Shown here: positions 40,468 through 54,173 of the stretch, piece by piece
Numbering within the stretch: position 1 is the first letter of the stretch
How the letters are laid out: every line of letters starts with the position of its first letter
NCBI GenBank assembly: GCA_951406725.2
Contig: OX597831.1
Coordinates: forward strand, 49,166,001 to 49,230,000
Direction: 5' to 3'
Length of the DNA: 64,000 nucleotides
Source of the DNA: Octopus vulgaris
Lineage: Eukaryota
The notes under the pieces: model-generated
What the model saw: only the letters and a program-made list of their open reading frames with translations
The model's database searches: none
What the model was told of the DNA's origin: nothing
Translations under genes and position numbers: made by a program

Positions 40468-40631
40468 ACGGGGTGAGCGCGAACGCAGACCCCACACTTA
40501 GAAATAGCGCACCCGAGTCGCCCACATTTGGGGCGATCGCAAAGGTCAACCCAACCGGAGTGCAATGGAAGGGCCTCACTCTGGGAGAACCACCTTGATG
40601 ATCATGGTTTACTCCTGTGCCAGGTAAGTAT
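40468..40631 (-). ncRNA. RNU1: U1 snRNA gene, type B flank, unit 3 (loop I GAUCAUCAAG, stem II CAGAG)
   Basis: 164-nt U1 with two substitutions relative to copies 1-4. Confidence 0.96.
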
Positions 40632-41910
40632 ATTTTATTCGGCGTTCACAAATCTCATATAAACAATATTTGCATTGTAACTTCACTGATATTGCCTCTA
40701 ATATTACTTTGAAATATTAACTTTTCAACAAATTTTCTCATATACATTATAAACCACCTACTACCACTTATTATTTCTAATTAAGTGAAGCGTTAATTTA
40801 ATGCCATAATCTGTTAATATATTTTTGAAATTATAATCTTATTTAAATTAACGGTACAGGCAAATGAACAAGGGAGATAATTCTAGTTTTATTTGTAAGT
40901 TTACCGATAAAAATATTTACTGTAATACATTTACTACACAAAACGAGGCAACGAATGAGTCATTACAAGGTCGCTAGACAAGCTAGATATAACAACCAAA
41001 TCTTCCTCACAATATACACAATGATTTTTTTTTTCATTTTAGAAAAATAAAGACATTTGGTAATATAATTTTAGACACAGAGATAAAAAGGTATTGTCAA
41101 GTATGGAATATTTTTCATCATAGTTCTGATTGACTTGATGGGTCAATAACTATCAGAAAATTGATGAAAGCATAGAGAGAAGAAAAAAGGATAAGGGTAG
41201 AGATGGCAACAGAAGGGTGGGTTGGGATGGGGGTAGAAAGCGGAGTTAGAAAGGGATTTTGATATGCCATGTTATAATTCATAATTTAAACCACTGGGTC
41301 TTAACTGGGGTTCATACAAGTTTTGTTGTTAAAATTTATGAGCAAGAAACTGGTTATATTTCTATAATACACAACATATATATTTTTTTATACAATTCCT
41401 AATAATATTTAATCATAAAAATATAGTAGGAGTTTTTATACATCGAATGACTATGACAGTCCCCACTTCCTGAGTAAAATAGGAATCAACAGGGACCATA
41501 AGCAAAAAATTGGTTGAGAATCAGTGAAGCTAATAGGCAGAGCAGCATGGTGTAGTGAACGTGTACTGAGTCCATAACTTATAGGTTACTAGCTTAAAAG
41601 CCACACTCCGGTTGGACATTTAAACTAACCACTGTAGAGGGCTAATTGGGCCTGCGGCTCAAAATTAAAGAGAGCTAAATAACATGATTATAATACATCT
41701 ATAGGCGAGCTGCCAGAATCGTTAGCACACCGTGCGAAATGCTTAGCGGTATTTCGTCTGCCATTGCATTCTGATTTCGAATTCCGCCAAGGTCGACTTT
41801 GCTTTTCATCCTTTCGGAGTAAAAGAACTCGGAAAGTTGGGCCTCCAGCCAGACCTTTTGCAACACCCTTAAAGACATGAACTTTTCAGCACACCCTCGT
41901 GCGTCTGTAT

Positions 41911-41955
<45 letters not shown>

Positions 41956-42088
41956 TATAACACCAGTATGCTAGTTATAGATGCCAAATTGCGCTAAAAC
42001 CACATCTTGCACTCCGTCTGCACAAGTTGAAAGCGAGAAAATGAATAAAGAAGATTTTTGTTAAAAAAAAGGGTTAATCATAAATCGA

Positions 42089-42615
42089 TTTCTAGCTTAG
42101 ACATATAAAATCTTTTTGCTGTCTTCTGTATAATATGCCCCACAGTACATAAATGCAAATATTTATACATACCCATACGAATAATACATGTCCACACGTA
42201 TATATACATATATTCACAGGTATATACAACTGGAGTCAAATTTGCTTCATTTCCCTCAACCATTTAATTGCAGTCATGCTGGAGCATCGCCATAAAGGAT
42301 TTTAGTCGAAGAAATCGACCCAGGATACCTAGATGATTTTTATTACATGCAGGACACTTGATAAAATCTTTATAATGATTTTATCCTTAATTATGTACTC
42401 TCATCAATTTATATTCACTGCTGTATTGTTTTGGTCGTAAATGCACGTGGTTGAGATGAATAAATTAGATTTGACTCGTAAATACGTGTGAAGATATGTA
42501 AATATACGTGTGGACAGGTATTATTCGTATAGGTATGTATAAATATTTGCATTTATGTACTGTGGGGCATATTATACTGAAGACGCAGAGGGATTTTATA
42601 TCTCTAAGCTAGAAA
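42089..42615. repeat. Diverged long inverted repeat (arms ~135-175 bp) enclosing a SINE fragment
   Basis: tttctagcttag...gccccacagtacataaatgcaaatatttatacatacc is inverted at ~42482-42615. Confidence 0.8.
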
Positions 42616-42658
42616 ACATACATAAACATATATAAATGATGAATGAATAAATAAATAA

Positions 42659-42775
<117 letters not shown>

Positions 42776-42807
42776 CAAAAATAAGCAACAAGAATGACTC
42801 CGGTAAT

Positions 42808-42893
42808 TTGGTACAATTGTTTCGCACTACAACATTTTATTAAAAGTTGTAAGTATTACAGCAGATTTAAGATGCCGAGTGCTCTTCAGCCAA
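42808..42893 (-). ncRNA. Type I hammerhead ribozyme motif (Penelope-type) with intact core
   Basis: UUGG CUGAAGA GCACU-[insert]-AGUGC GAAAC AAUU GUA/CCAA: stem I 4 bp, stem II 5 bp, palindromic loop 3. Confidence 0.8.
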
Positions 42894-42953
42894 TAAGGTT
42901 TTCCAATAATACAAAAGCTTTCAAATCAAGTAGTAACATTTTAGAGAAGGTAG

Positions 42954-43034
<81 letters not shown>

Positions 43035-43764
43035 GATTCACAATCAAAGGTGCAGAAATGACGTATGTGTAAAAAGGTGACGTAATCCAGTGGTAGAGAG
43101 AAATCCATGAATCAGATACTTCAAAACAGTCGGTGCCATATATGGCCCTAGTACGGTGGACGTCAACCCAATAGACCCTTTTCCACCCAACAATATAAGG
43201 CCCCACACATACAGTTAACCCTACATACACTCCATACCTATATAAGTACTCCAAAGGAATTTAACCAAAGAAGTTAGTCAAAACATAAACAAAGAAACCG
43301 AACACACAAATGCTTATGTGGCCCTTCGGACTTCGCCCAACAACTCCCACATCACACCACAAAACAGGAAATGCTACACTTATAGTACCATTGCACACAT
43401 TCCAATTCTACAAGAACACCAACCCTAAAACATACACATATTTCCCATACATACTTTTCCAGAAAACTCTGTGTTACCTTGCAGCACCCCCAGAGATGGT
43501 GCTTTGGTGCCAAGGGACACGACTTAATCCTTGCTCGGTTCGTTTCATCCTTTATACAACCACCACAAACTGGATGTATCTTTTCACCCCCAACAATAGA
43601 GAGCAATCGCTATATTTGATTCTGTAGCTGTCCTCTCTGAAGAGCGCAGTGTTACATAATTAGGCTGTTACCTAACACTCCGTTGAACCCCTAGTATGAA
43701 ACCAATTAGTAAAGTCGGCCGTAATGGATATATGATACTCTACACTTCGATTGATATATCATGT

Positions 43765-43806
<42 letters not shown>

Positions 43807-43851
43807 ATTGAAGAAATGGAGTTGAACGAAGATTGAACAGAAATCGTTTTA

Positions 43852-43940
43852 TTTCATTCTACACGTGTTTCGAAAGGCTCAATTTACCAAATTCCGATTG
43901 AATAATGAGACCATATTGTGTCTTTCTCTTCAGGAAGAAA
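43852..43940 (-). ncRNA. Type I hammerhead ribozyme motif with intact core
   Basis: UUUCUUC CUGAAGA GAAAG-[insert]-CUUUC GAAAC ACGU GUA/GAAUGAAA. Confidence 0.8.
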
Positions 43941-44168
43941 TAGGAAATCCGTTGGAAAAAACAAAAACAGAACAGAGGCGGAGCAAAACAAATCGAACTA
44001 GGCTCCTAAGAGCCCATAAAATTCAATTATCCGCACCAACGCACGGTTGCAACACCATATGGTTGTACCTCCAACCGTGCTGTCTTCTGCTGTGATTTTT
44101 GCTACCAAGGTATCGGTTAAACTTTTGATTAGTCTGCAACAAGATTATTCATCTTTCTATTTCACATA

Positions 44169-44199
<31 letters not shown>

Positions 44200-46719
44200 A
44201 AGGGAAAGTTTACGAAAATAAACAAAAGACGGAGGCAGGTGGAGTACAAACAAACAAATGTATTAGTATAGCGCTCAGGAATAGAAATAGAAAAAGTCTT
44301 TTATGTTTCGAGCCTACGCTCTTCGACAGAAAGATATACAGAAAAAAACAAGGAGATGACTGTGTTTGTCCCTCCATCTGCTTTACAACTAGTATTGGCT
44401 GCTTTACATCCTCGTTATCAAAGCAGTTCAGTAAAAAGACTAATAGAATAAGTACCAGGCTTAAAACTATAAGTATTGAGGTTGATTTTTCCCTACTAAA
44501 CCCTTCAAAGCAGTGCTCCAGCATGGCTGCAGTGAAATGACTGAAACAAGTTAAAAAAGAATAAAAGATAAAATGTTTCCGAGTACTTAAATTCTCCTCC
44601 CAGCTCTCGTTCTGATCTTATCACAACGCACGATGTATTTTGGATAGTTACCCACTTTTATTTGATTATCATACGTGTCTTTTCCTTACCATTAATTTCT
44701 TTTGGCTTTGTCTCTTTTTTTCATAGTTTGGCGCATTCACCCCAATACATTAATATGTATAAAAAAAGAACTGCTTTGCACACACGTCTGTACACATGCA
44801 AAAGCAGCTGGTTATTTCGCTTTCTCCACTGTGGATAGCATTTTTCGTCTCGATGTCTTGCAAACAACACATTTTTCGTCTCGTAGTCTAGTTCCTGTCG
44901 AACGCGTGATAACACGTGCATAAATCTCACATGATAACAGTGTTCAACTTTCTGCGTTTCACTTCTCTTTGAGTTTAATGCCATATTGATTGATAACCTG
45001 CAGATCCACGAGAAGCCAGCATTCGTTTCGCAGCTTCCCGTGAAGCAAATCGTTTCCTGGATTCTTTGTCTACACTTTTCTATAAGCTCCTTTCTATTGT
45101 ACTCGGTATCAGCGCATAGAAATTTATGCGAGTCAACTGTCATACTTAGATACATCTTATAGTTTTCCTGTAAATCTTAGGTGAAATTTAGTTCAACAGA
45201 GATAAGATCTTCCATTTTCCATTGTTCTTCCCCGACCTATGGCTAACTTTTGACAAGTATAAATTCAAACACAAAATAGAATTCTTCCTCTTTCATAGGC
45301 CACCTTTGCCGAAAGCGCATTCCCTCTTTTACCCGGCACCACTGGGGAAGGAGCATGCTCTCTCCGAATAGTCTAAGACCGTTTTCGCTTTTAAATGTAT
45401 CACGTCTTTCTCCTAGCATGCTTAGCTCTCTTTTCTACCCGACAGTTACCCGGGGGTACATACTGCTGTTGCTATTACTATTATTCTCTTAATACTATAA
45501 AATATCCAACTAAAAACTACAGATTCTGTACTCTGACTCTAACAAGACAAATTGTATTGGAAAAATAAAATTTCTAAGAAATAACTTTTTCCTTCTGCTC
45601 ATTTATTTGATGCATACCACACTGTCCCATCGAGGATCGTGTACTTAGCTGACTAGATCTCAAGGTCAGTGAGGCAAACAAGCTATCACACGGCAACATG
45701 GACCGGACTTTGTGGCGGCCTTTCGCCTACACGCCACTCATAATGCACTCGCACACATTATCTTACATTTTTATTGATTTTAGCCTCTCGTTTTTTGTTT
45801 TGCTTAAATGCTTTTGTTTTCTCTTGTTATACTCAAATATTACTGCACTTTCGACTTTGGCTAAAACAACGTTGCAAACTTATTATATATTCATACATAC
45901 ATTCAATGCCGCGCATTTACATTAATACAATGGCCTTCAACGATTGTTTCCAGCTCTGTGTCAATCATAAGCTCTGATTCCCGACATCGTTTCTGTTGCA
46001 TGAAGCATTTAGCAGCAGTTCATACATCACTGCTTCATTATCCATTTATGGGATAAAAACCTCGTCCTGTATCAGTAAGAAAGCTCACAGCCCCTCCTAT
46101 CGAACTCTCGCTACCGTTTAACTTGATCAGATTTGTTAACACTGACTGCCATCTTCTCATATCACTTTGATAAACCATACAGATTATGCTTCCTCCACGG
46201 CTTCATTCAGCCGTTAATTATTTTCCATCTAGTCAACCTCAGATGGTTACGGATAATATAAAGAAAGTTTTACATAGCTCAACGCCCACAGCAGTCATCA
46301 ACGACAGCATCACCGGGCATATTTAGCTTCTTCACCCACTCCAATACACATAGAAAGCTATACACAAACATTGTAAGAATTATTCCTGTTATACAACGGA
46401 ATGGGAAAAGTAGCCTTTCCTCTCAGCTCCTTTCATTGCCTAGCTCAGCTGATAAGGCTTTATACTGCACAAATTTTCAAACTCACTTGAATATTTGTTT
46501 ACCTGTATACATAATGCAGCTGTTACAGTCTCATTGCACTTTCACATTTCCAGCAGTACTTGGAACTTGGAACTTAAGAAACATACTTGGCCTTGTGTCA
46601 CATCTACATTTCTGTGTGCACCGTAAAAAATATACTAATGTCCTTGTTTAGTTCATTGTTTAACAGCAAACGTGTCTATCAGGCGAATAGTGTAATGGGA
46701 GACCTTACCAAGATTCGAT

Positions 46720-47125
46720 CTCTTTACTTGTTTCAGTCATTTGACTGCAGCCATGCTGGGGCACCGCCTTTAGTCGAGCAAATCGACCCCGGGACTTATT
46801 CTTTGTAAGCCCAGTACTTATTCTATCGGTCTCTTTTGCCGAACCGCTAAGTGACGGGAATGTAAACACATCAGCATCGGTTGTCAAGCAATGCTAGGGG
46901 GACAAACACAGACACACAAACATATACACACACACTTATATATATATATATATACATATATACGACAGGCTTCTTTCAGTTTCCGTCTACCAAATCCACT
47001 CACAAGGCATTGGTCGGCCCGGGGCTATAGCAGAAGACACTTGCCCAAGATGTCACGCAGTGGGACTGAACCCGGAACCATGTGGTTGGTTAGCAAGCTA
47101 CTTACCACACAGCCACTCCTGCGCC
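46720..47125 (-). mobile_element. Full-length SINE of the same family
   Basis: Head GGCGCAGGAGTGGCTGTGTGGTAAG and the family tail. Confidence 0.88.
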
Positions 47126-47784
47126 TTTCAGTTCACTTACAGAGAATTTGGACTCGTTTTCCTTCAATTTTATCTGCTAAGTTATCAACTTTTCATCTGT
47201 AGTAGAGACAGAAAAAAAACCTGCCTTCAGCATTTACCAGTCCGACCTCTGTTCCATTTAACTACCGGGTTAGCTTCATAAAAGAAGCAGAGGATGCGGG
47301 TTCATTCGAGTAGTCCTCTTGTACTTTCCGACAGTAACAACTCAGAATCGGAAATGTCGCATTTGCTGTCAGAGCCAAAAATCAGCCAAGGGCCAACTGT
47401 CTCATACATCAGAGCGGTCTATTACATGTAAAGTACTACGCAATCAGCAAAAGCTACAACCGACTCCTACCAACTGATCAGCGAACAAACCTGTCACGAC
47501 ACATGTATTCATCCAAATACTGAAATATAAATATTTTCACAACTATATAAATTGCCTAACACAGAGACACACAGAGACACACACACACACACTCACTCGA
47601 ATCAGTAGATTATTAATTTGTGCAAACGTTTATGAATAAACACATTTTATGCAATAATGTATAACTTGTTTACCAATCCTTCAACACGTCCACCTTCATT
47701 TAGACAATGTTTACATAAGTATGCATGTGTCTATAGCTCTCTCTATATGCACATGTGGCATATATATATAAATTTATATATGTG

Positions 47785-47827
<43 letters not shown>

Positions 47828-48908
47828 ATATGTATATATATATATATATATATATACATGCATACATATATATGTGTGTGTGTGGGCGTGAGTGTGTGTG
47901 TGAGTGTGTGTGTAAGTATGTATGTTTGAATATGTTATGCATACACACACACACATATACATACATATTATATGCATGTAGTAATATATACATGAACGAA
48001 TGGATGTATGAACATGCATGTATTTACATACATACATGCACACGTACAGACAGACAGATACACATTCACACAGATACACGCACACATACAGATACACACA
48101 CATACACACACACAGATATATAGACACACATATACAGATATTGCTTTACTCCAACACAGTTGTCTGTAATTTTAATAACACTTTTATGGTTGTCGTATAT
48201 TTGCTTTTTAGGGATGGTATTTTTTTTTTATTTTTTTTTTTTACGCAAGATGATGGAGAATTGACAAAACTATAAATGTGTATCGGTGGTAACAAAATTC
48301 GCGAGTACTTCAGGGGGAAAAAAAGATCCCGGCTGATTTCGTTGAACACAAAGGAAGACTGTTGAAAGTGTATGAGAAGTATAAATGTATGAAAACAATC
48401 ATTTAAACAAGAAAAATGCTATAACATAAATAAAAGACCTTGTATTTAATAAAAAAACAATTTATGACAAGTTGAAACTGAATGTAATAAAATAATATTA
48501 ATGGCCGCCGACATGTTGCTATCGGCTGTTGGTTCACTGGTCGTATTTCAAACGGTAAATTGACAGAGATTTGCTGCAAGGCTGTTATAAATGTAAATAA
48601 TAGAATTGTGTGTTCCGTCGAGGATACATCAATTATATAGCTGCGAATTAATACTGAATTGAAAACACAAAAAACAACAATAGGAAAATGGAGTATTTCT
48701 TCGTTCGTACTTTTACTTACGGGACAATATTTCAAACTGTTGACTTGTTATTGTTGAAAATTCAGTGTCGACTCTTACATGCAACATAAAATTATTTCCT
48801 ATTATTTTCTTAAAAACCTAAAACAAATGGGCGAGTCGATTGAAAAGACATGTAATTGATTTTCGTTTGAATATCATATGCGGCTTATACAATACATTGC
48901 AAACAATA

Positions 48909-49118
48909 CAAGGGGGTGCTGAAAAGTTCATGGCTTTAAGGGTATCACGAAAGACCCGATTGGAAGCCCAACCTTCTGAGTTCTTTTACAGGGCTTCGAA
49001 AAACTGAAAGACCACCGTGTGTGAATCTGAGAGTGGAACATGTTGAATAAAATCATAATAAACTGATCCTCCTGTATTTTTTTTTACCCAACGCCAGGGA
49101 CTTTTCTGCAACCACTCG
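48909..49118. mobile_element. Mariner-type MITE (fragment in reverse orientation at ~41820-41900)
   Basis: TA-CAAGGGGGTGCTGAAAAGTTCATGGC ... GCCAGGGACTTTTCTGCAACCACTCG-TA imperfect TIRs. Confidence 0.65.
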
Positions 49119-49323
49119 TATATTGTATATGCTGGTCAAAGTAATCTTCCAAATATACTTTATTGGTCCTAAGATCGATCACATATAACCCAAGAATACG
49201 ACTAAATTTTTGTGTTCACTATGATTCCTGTTCCTAAAATAGGTAGAATGCACAAGTGTTGCGAACTTAGGATAGGAGGAGACTCGATGGTAAAATGATA
49301 TTTAATGGATATATATACATACA

Positions 49324-49384
<61 letters not shown>

Positions 49385-49776
49385 AAAAAATCAGTGATTG
49401 GCGGAGTCTGTAACAATGTATATCTTCTTGTAAATTCAGTAACTTCTAAACTGGAGTGAGACAGCATGTTCTTTGTCTATCTCCTTAACTTCTTGGAGAT
49501 TTTTAGGTATAATTATACTAATGTGTCTATCTGTTCTAATTTAATTAAATTCTATGTCTATGTGCAGTTGAAGATTACTCTGAATTTTAAATTGATGTAA
49601 TGATTGCATTGTTCAATTAAATGGAGTTGCATTAAACGATCGTACTGCATTACCTCTGGATATCCTTATTGCTTATTTTGATTTTAATCACCTTGCTTTG
49701 AAATTGTGTGGATAATACCGTACTAAGTTCTGGCGCCTCAACTTAAGTACCATATGCACCTGAATCCAAATGTTTG

Positions 49777-49817
<41 letters not shown>

Positions 49818-49916
49818 TTGCTGTTCCGGTTATTGGTGGGATCAAAGAAAAAAGTACTCCATCCAGTAAGGTAAGTATCATTTAATACACACAGTACTTT
49901 TGGGTTTCTTTATTTT

Positions 49917-50101
49917 GGAGCACTGAGTAACTTCAGCTTCATAAATCACTGACCTGATCATGCATGGTTGAGTGGGCAAGTTTCTAGGTTTCAGCAGTTG
50001 CAATTTGGTGTGGGTTCTTGGTGTGATGTGCGAGTGAGATTTTCAATGTTGGGGTAGCAGATGTACAAATCTTTCACTGAACGTCTATTAAGAATTTTCC
50101 T
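49917..50101 (-). mobile_element. Penelope-like (Naiad-like) retroelement ORF relic in (TA)n
   Basis: Hand translation RKILNRRSVKDLYICYPNI...CNC*NLETCPLNHA* then (frameshift) SVIYEAEVT matches the PLE RT-to-GIY-YIG linker KIFNRNTVKLSYSC...CNCxxxxxCPLxxxC..VIY. Confidence 0.7.
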
Positions 50102-50460
50102 GTATATATATTTAACTGAGATATGCCTATCTATTAAGGCCAGGAATTTCTACCCACATTAGTCTTAACATACAAAGAGAAAGAAGAGACGAACCATTCC
50201 TGGGCTTATCTTTAGGGTCCATATTTTCAGTGATAGATTTAAAAGATATCTTATCTTTGAAGCCGCTGCTGGCCAGAGTTCAAATGCTGCCGAGGTTGAC
50301 TTTTCCTCTCATCATTTTGGGGTCGATAAAATAAGTACCAGTTGAGTGCTGGGGTTCATGTAATAGACTAACCCTTCCGCAAAATTTCAGACATTGTGCC
50401 TATAGTAGAAATGTTTATCTTTCTCCACGCCAAGCCTCACCTATAAAATGATATATGTCA

Positions 50461-50562
50461 CATACATACATACATACATACATACATACATACATACATA
50501 CATACATACATGCATACATGCATGCATACATACATACATACATACATACATACATACATACA

Positions 50563-50596
<34 letters not shown>

Positions 50597-50598
50597 CA

Positions 50599-50636
<38 letters not shown>
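50461..50636. repeat. (CATA)n then (TA)n microsatellite
   Basis: Direct reading. Confidence 0.98.
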
Positions 50637-50642
<6 letters not shown>

Positions 50643-51518
50643 ATAGCAAAAGGCCCCCCCCCGTCCAATGGACGGTGCTGCGGTGTCAAACATTTAAGCC
50701 AAAAAAGACTTGTCCGACCGTCCCATAGACCTCTCCTTTGAGAAACACTGATTTAACCTAAATTTGAGACACCAGCAAAAGAAGAAATAAAAATAGACTT
50801 TTGTTCTATTCCAAAGTAAAACGATTTTATTCACATAAATATGCAACAGAAGAGTTTAAAGTACCAGTAAGTACATCACAACAGCTGATGTACTTGCACG
50901 TACAAATGCACGTTCCCACGGCTTTATCGATCTCATTCTAACCTGTAATTTTTGTAATTTTTGTAATTTTTTCAAAACTTATACACGCCCTGATACTATC
51001 GGTATCTACATATCAAATTTGGGTGCAATCGGATGGAGGATGCCCGAGCTCTTAGAAGACACACACATAAACAGATATGTATATGTGTGTGTGTGTGTGT
51101 GTGTGCGCGCGCGCGTATAATAATAATTTCTTAAGTGACCAGAAGATGGATTTCGTATTAATCTTTATTTTGTGCAACAGTAGTTTCGGCCCACCCTGCT
51201 GTTGTCCCTTATGGGTGGGACTCTTCAATATGTTGTGATGCATCCATTCTACAGTCTGGATCTCATCAAGTACATCTATGTAGAAAGTTGTATCTCGCTA
51301 AAGATGTTGAGTTTTGGCTGTCATGTTGTTATATGCCCATCTGCTTAGGAAATGAAATATTGTTACAGTTTTCAATTACTATTATCTTTCAATGAGAATT
51401 GATTGCAAACATTTGTAAATATAAACAAATAACTGTTGATAAAAAGAAATTGTAGGGGAAGTGAAAGGATGGACAGGGATGGATAGTGTTGCATTGGGTT
51501 TAAGATGAAGGAATGATA

Positions 51519-51553
<35 letters not shown>

Positions 51554-51992
51554 CATTTTTGTATATAGTGCTCAGGTGCACCACAACTTGTCAAAAGTGC
51601 ATATAAAGTATATGCAGTAATGTAAAAATGTCTGGAAAGCGAACAGTGTATGAGTCAGATACATGCTTTGGTGTGTATGAAGGGGGGAAAATCAGGTGTA
51701 GTGTTGGCGAATCTCAGGAAGCATGGAAGTTTTGAAGGATGCAGTGCTCCGACAACTAACAACTGACGCCGGCAGTCTGCTCCATGCTTTAGTAACTCTT
51801 AGTGTGAAAAAATGTTTCCGAAAGTCATGGGAGTTGTGCTGTTTTCTGACTTTGTAAATATGTCCATGGGTGTTAGACGGGTGGAGTTTCAAAAAGGTGC
51901 TCAGAGTTATTGTTAGTAAGATGGTTAATAATTTTATGGGTGTCTGCCAAGTCAGCTGCCAGACGTCGGTGTTTCAATGTGTCCATGCCCAG
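51519..51992 (-). mobile_element. CR1/L2-like LINE 3' end with (ATT)n tail
   Basis: NTHGHIYKVRK...FRKHFFTLRVTKAWSRLPASVV...SFK matches the CR1-group ORF2 C-terminal motif. ~45-bp tail-only copies lie at ~12274-12321 and ~26855-26904. Confidence 0.8.
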
Positions 51993-52010
51993 GGAAGTAA
52001 GGCGTTCAGA

Positions 52011-52388
52011 ACTCTTTTACTTGTTTCAGTCCTTTGACTGTGGCCATGCTGGAGCACCGCCTTTAGTCGAGCAAATCAACTTCAGGACTTATTCTTTGTA
52101 AGCCTAGTACTTATTCTATCGGGCTCCTTTGCCGAACCGCTAAGTTACGGGGACGTAAACACACCAGCATCGGTTGTCAAGCGATGTTGTGGGGACAAAC
52201 ACAGACACACAAACATATACACACACATTCATATATATACGACGGGCTTCTTTCAGTTTCCGTCTACCAAATCCACCCACAAGGCTTTGGTCGGCCCGAG
52301 GCTATAGTAGAAGACACTTGCCCGAGGTGCCACGCAGTGGGACTGAACCCGGAACCATGTGGTTGGTAACCACACAGCCACTCCTACG
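52011..52388 (-). mobile_element. SINE of the same family
   Basis: Sequence similarity to 46720-47125. Confidence 0.88.
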
Positions 52389-53424
52389 TCCGAGGAAGCC
52401 CTTAAGATCGAAACGTGAAACACTTCATTATTTTTGTATAATTTATTAGGTGTCTACCTAAAACCTAAAAACCATTTCGTTGACAGCGTCTTTTATGCGT
52501 TGTTATTACCTTGTCAACTTCGCAGATACACACAGAAACGCACACGCATGATCACGCGCACACTTAATTAAATTTATACATACAACTACGCAGCTATAGT
52601 AATTATATATGTGTGTATGTACGTATACATATATTTATGTATGCAGCGGCTATACACACACATATACATATACACCACAAAAACATACGTAAGTATACAC
52701 ATGAACAAATACATATTCATAACCATCTAGCTCCAGAATATAATTTAATTAAATAAAGAAATCGATAATTATAATGTTTTGTTAATTAAATATTATATTT
52801 ATTTTTTGCTTTTCAAGTTTTTTTTTCCTCTTTAATAAGTAAAGTATTTTAGGATTCCATTTAAATGAATTAATAATTCTTGATAATTGGCTGTGTATAT
52901 TTTGTGTTGTTATGGTGGCGAATTGATAGGCTCGTTAGAGGTTCCAAAAAATATTTTACGCTACATAGTCTGGCTCTTACTCTGATACAGTTTATATTAG
53001 GCCTTATCATTCATCTTGTTTGGGGGATGGAAGGGTGTCAATAAAAAACCAACACCACCCAACAAAAATAAAAACAAACAAAACAAATGCATTAGTTCAA
53101 GAAGAAGAAAAATTAGAGCATCTGATGAGGTGTCTAGCCCCTTTCATCTTGCATCATGCAGTATCTGTTTTTCTCTTTTACCAAGCCACTGTTTTAACAG
53201 ATTTAACAGATATAACTGGGGTACTTATGTGTACACATGACTCTTGCTTTTGCTTTTTTCCATGGATGCGTGTAAGTATTTCATTTATTTCTTATCCTAT
53301 TTTCTACTGAAGAGGGAAGAATCCATAGGATTAATCCTCAAATTGATTCAATATTTGACGATTTAAAGTCTGTTCTCAGCATATTGGCATTGAAATACTT
53401 TTTCTATTGCCCTTGTTTATAAGT

Positions 53425-53467
<43 letters not shown>

Positions 53468-53553
53468 ATATATATACATACACACACATGCATATATATG
53501 TAGATATATATACATATAAGTATATATATATGCATATATGTATATATAATATG

Positions 53554-53613
<60 letters not shown>

Positions 53614-53883
53614 TAGAGAGAGAGGATTGGCCAAAAGCCACAGGACAGTAAATCAAAACCATTTACCTCCAAGATTAAAACAAAAAATTATATTATATGA
53701 GACTTGACTTCACTAATAAACAGACAAATTTTGAAAAAGAAAAACAGTGATTTTAACTCACACCATTCAATTATTAAACATTCATAATTGGAATAAATAA
53801 ATAAAATTGAATATTAAGTATTTATGGAATTTTGATTTACTGTCGGGTGACTTTTGGCCAATTCTGTATGTATGTTTGATAGC

Positions 53884-53916
<33 letters not shown>

Positions 53917-54173
53917 TGTATGTATGTATGTATGTATGTATGTATGTATGTATGTATATAAACTACAAGTCTATTTTGTATCTCTTGTTTCATGCCCACT
54001 GTGATCACACGTGCGCATGCGCACACACACATATCATAAGCGCGAGCACACACATACACCTATACATGTAGCAAAGACGAATGCGAATTAAGGATATATT
54101 AAATATCATACAAGATGAATTCTTCATTTATTGAAACCAGTTCCTCTTATACAGAGGGTAGACAAATCGCTAG

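Larger units (their letters stand above)
27410..41518. repeat. Tandem segmental duplication unit 3 (~14.1 kb; most divergent unit), followed by a ~300 bp start of a fourth unit to ~41818
   Basis: Colinear with units 1 and 2 but with private indels: extra ~31260-32388, ~32471-34505 and ~38460-39820; lacks the equivalent of ~3296-4456 and of the ~10.0-11.5 kb block. Confidence 0.93.

Noticed and set aside
44721-45155. 144-aa ORF faintly like a pogo/CENP-B HTH
   Set aside because: No convincing motif by eye; needs an HMM search.
53120-53350. CTGATGAG (~53122) and CTGAAGAG with hairpin (~53307) as hammerheads
   Set aside because: No correctly placed GAAA(C) or stem I; too degenerate to call.
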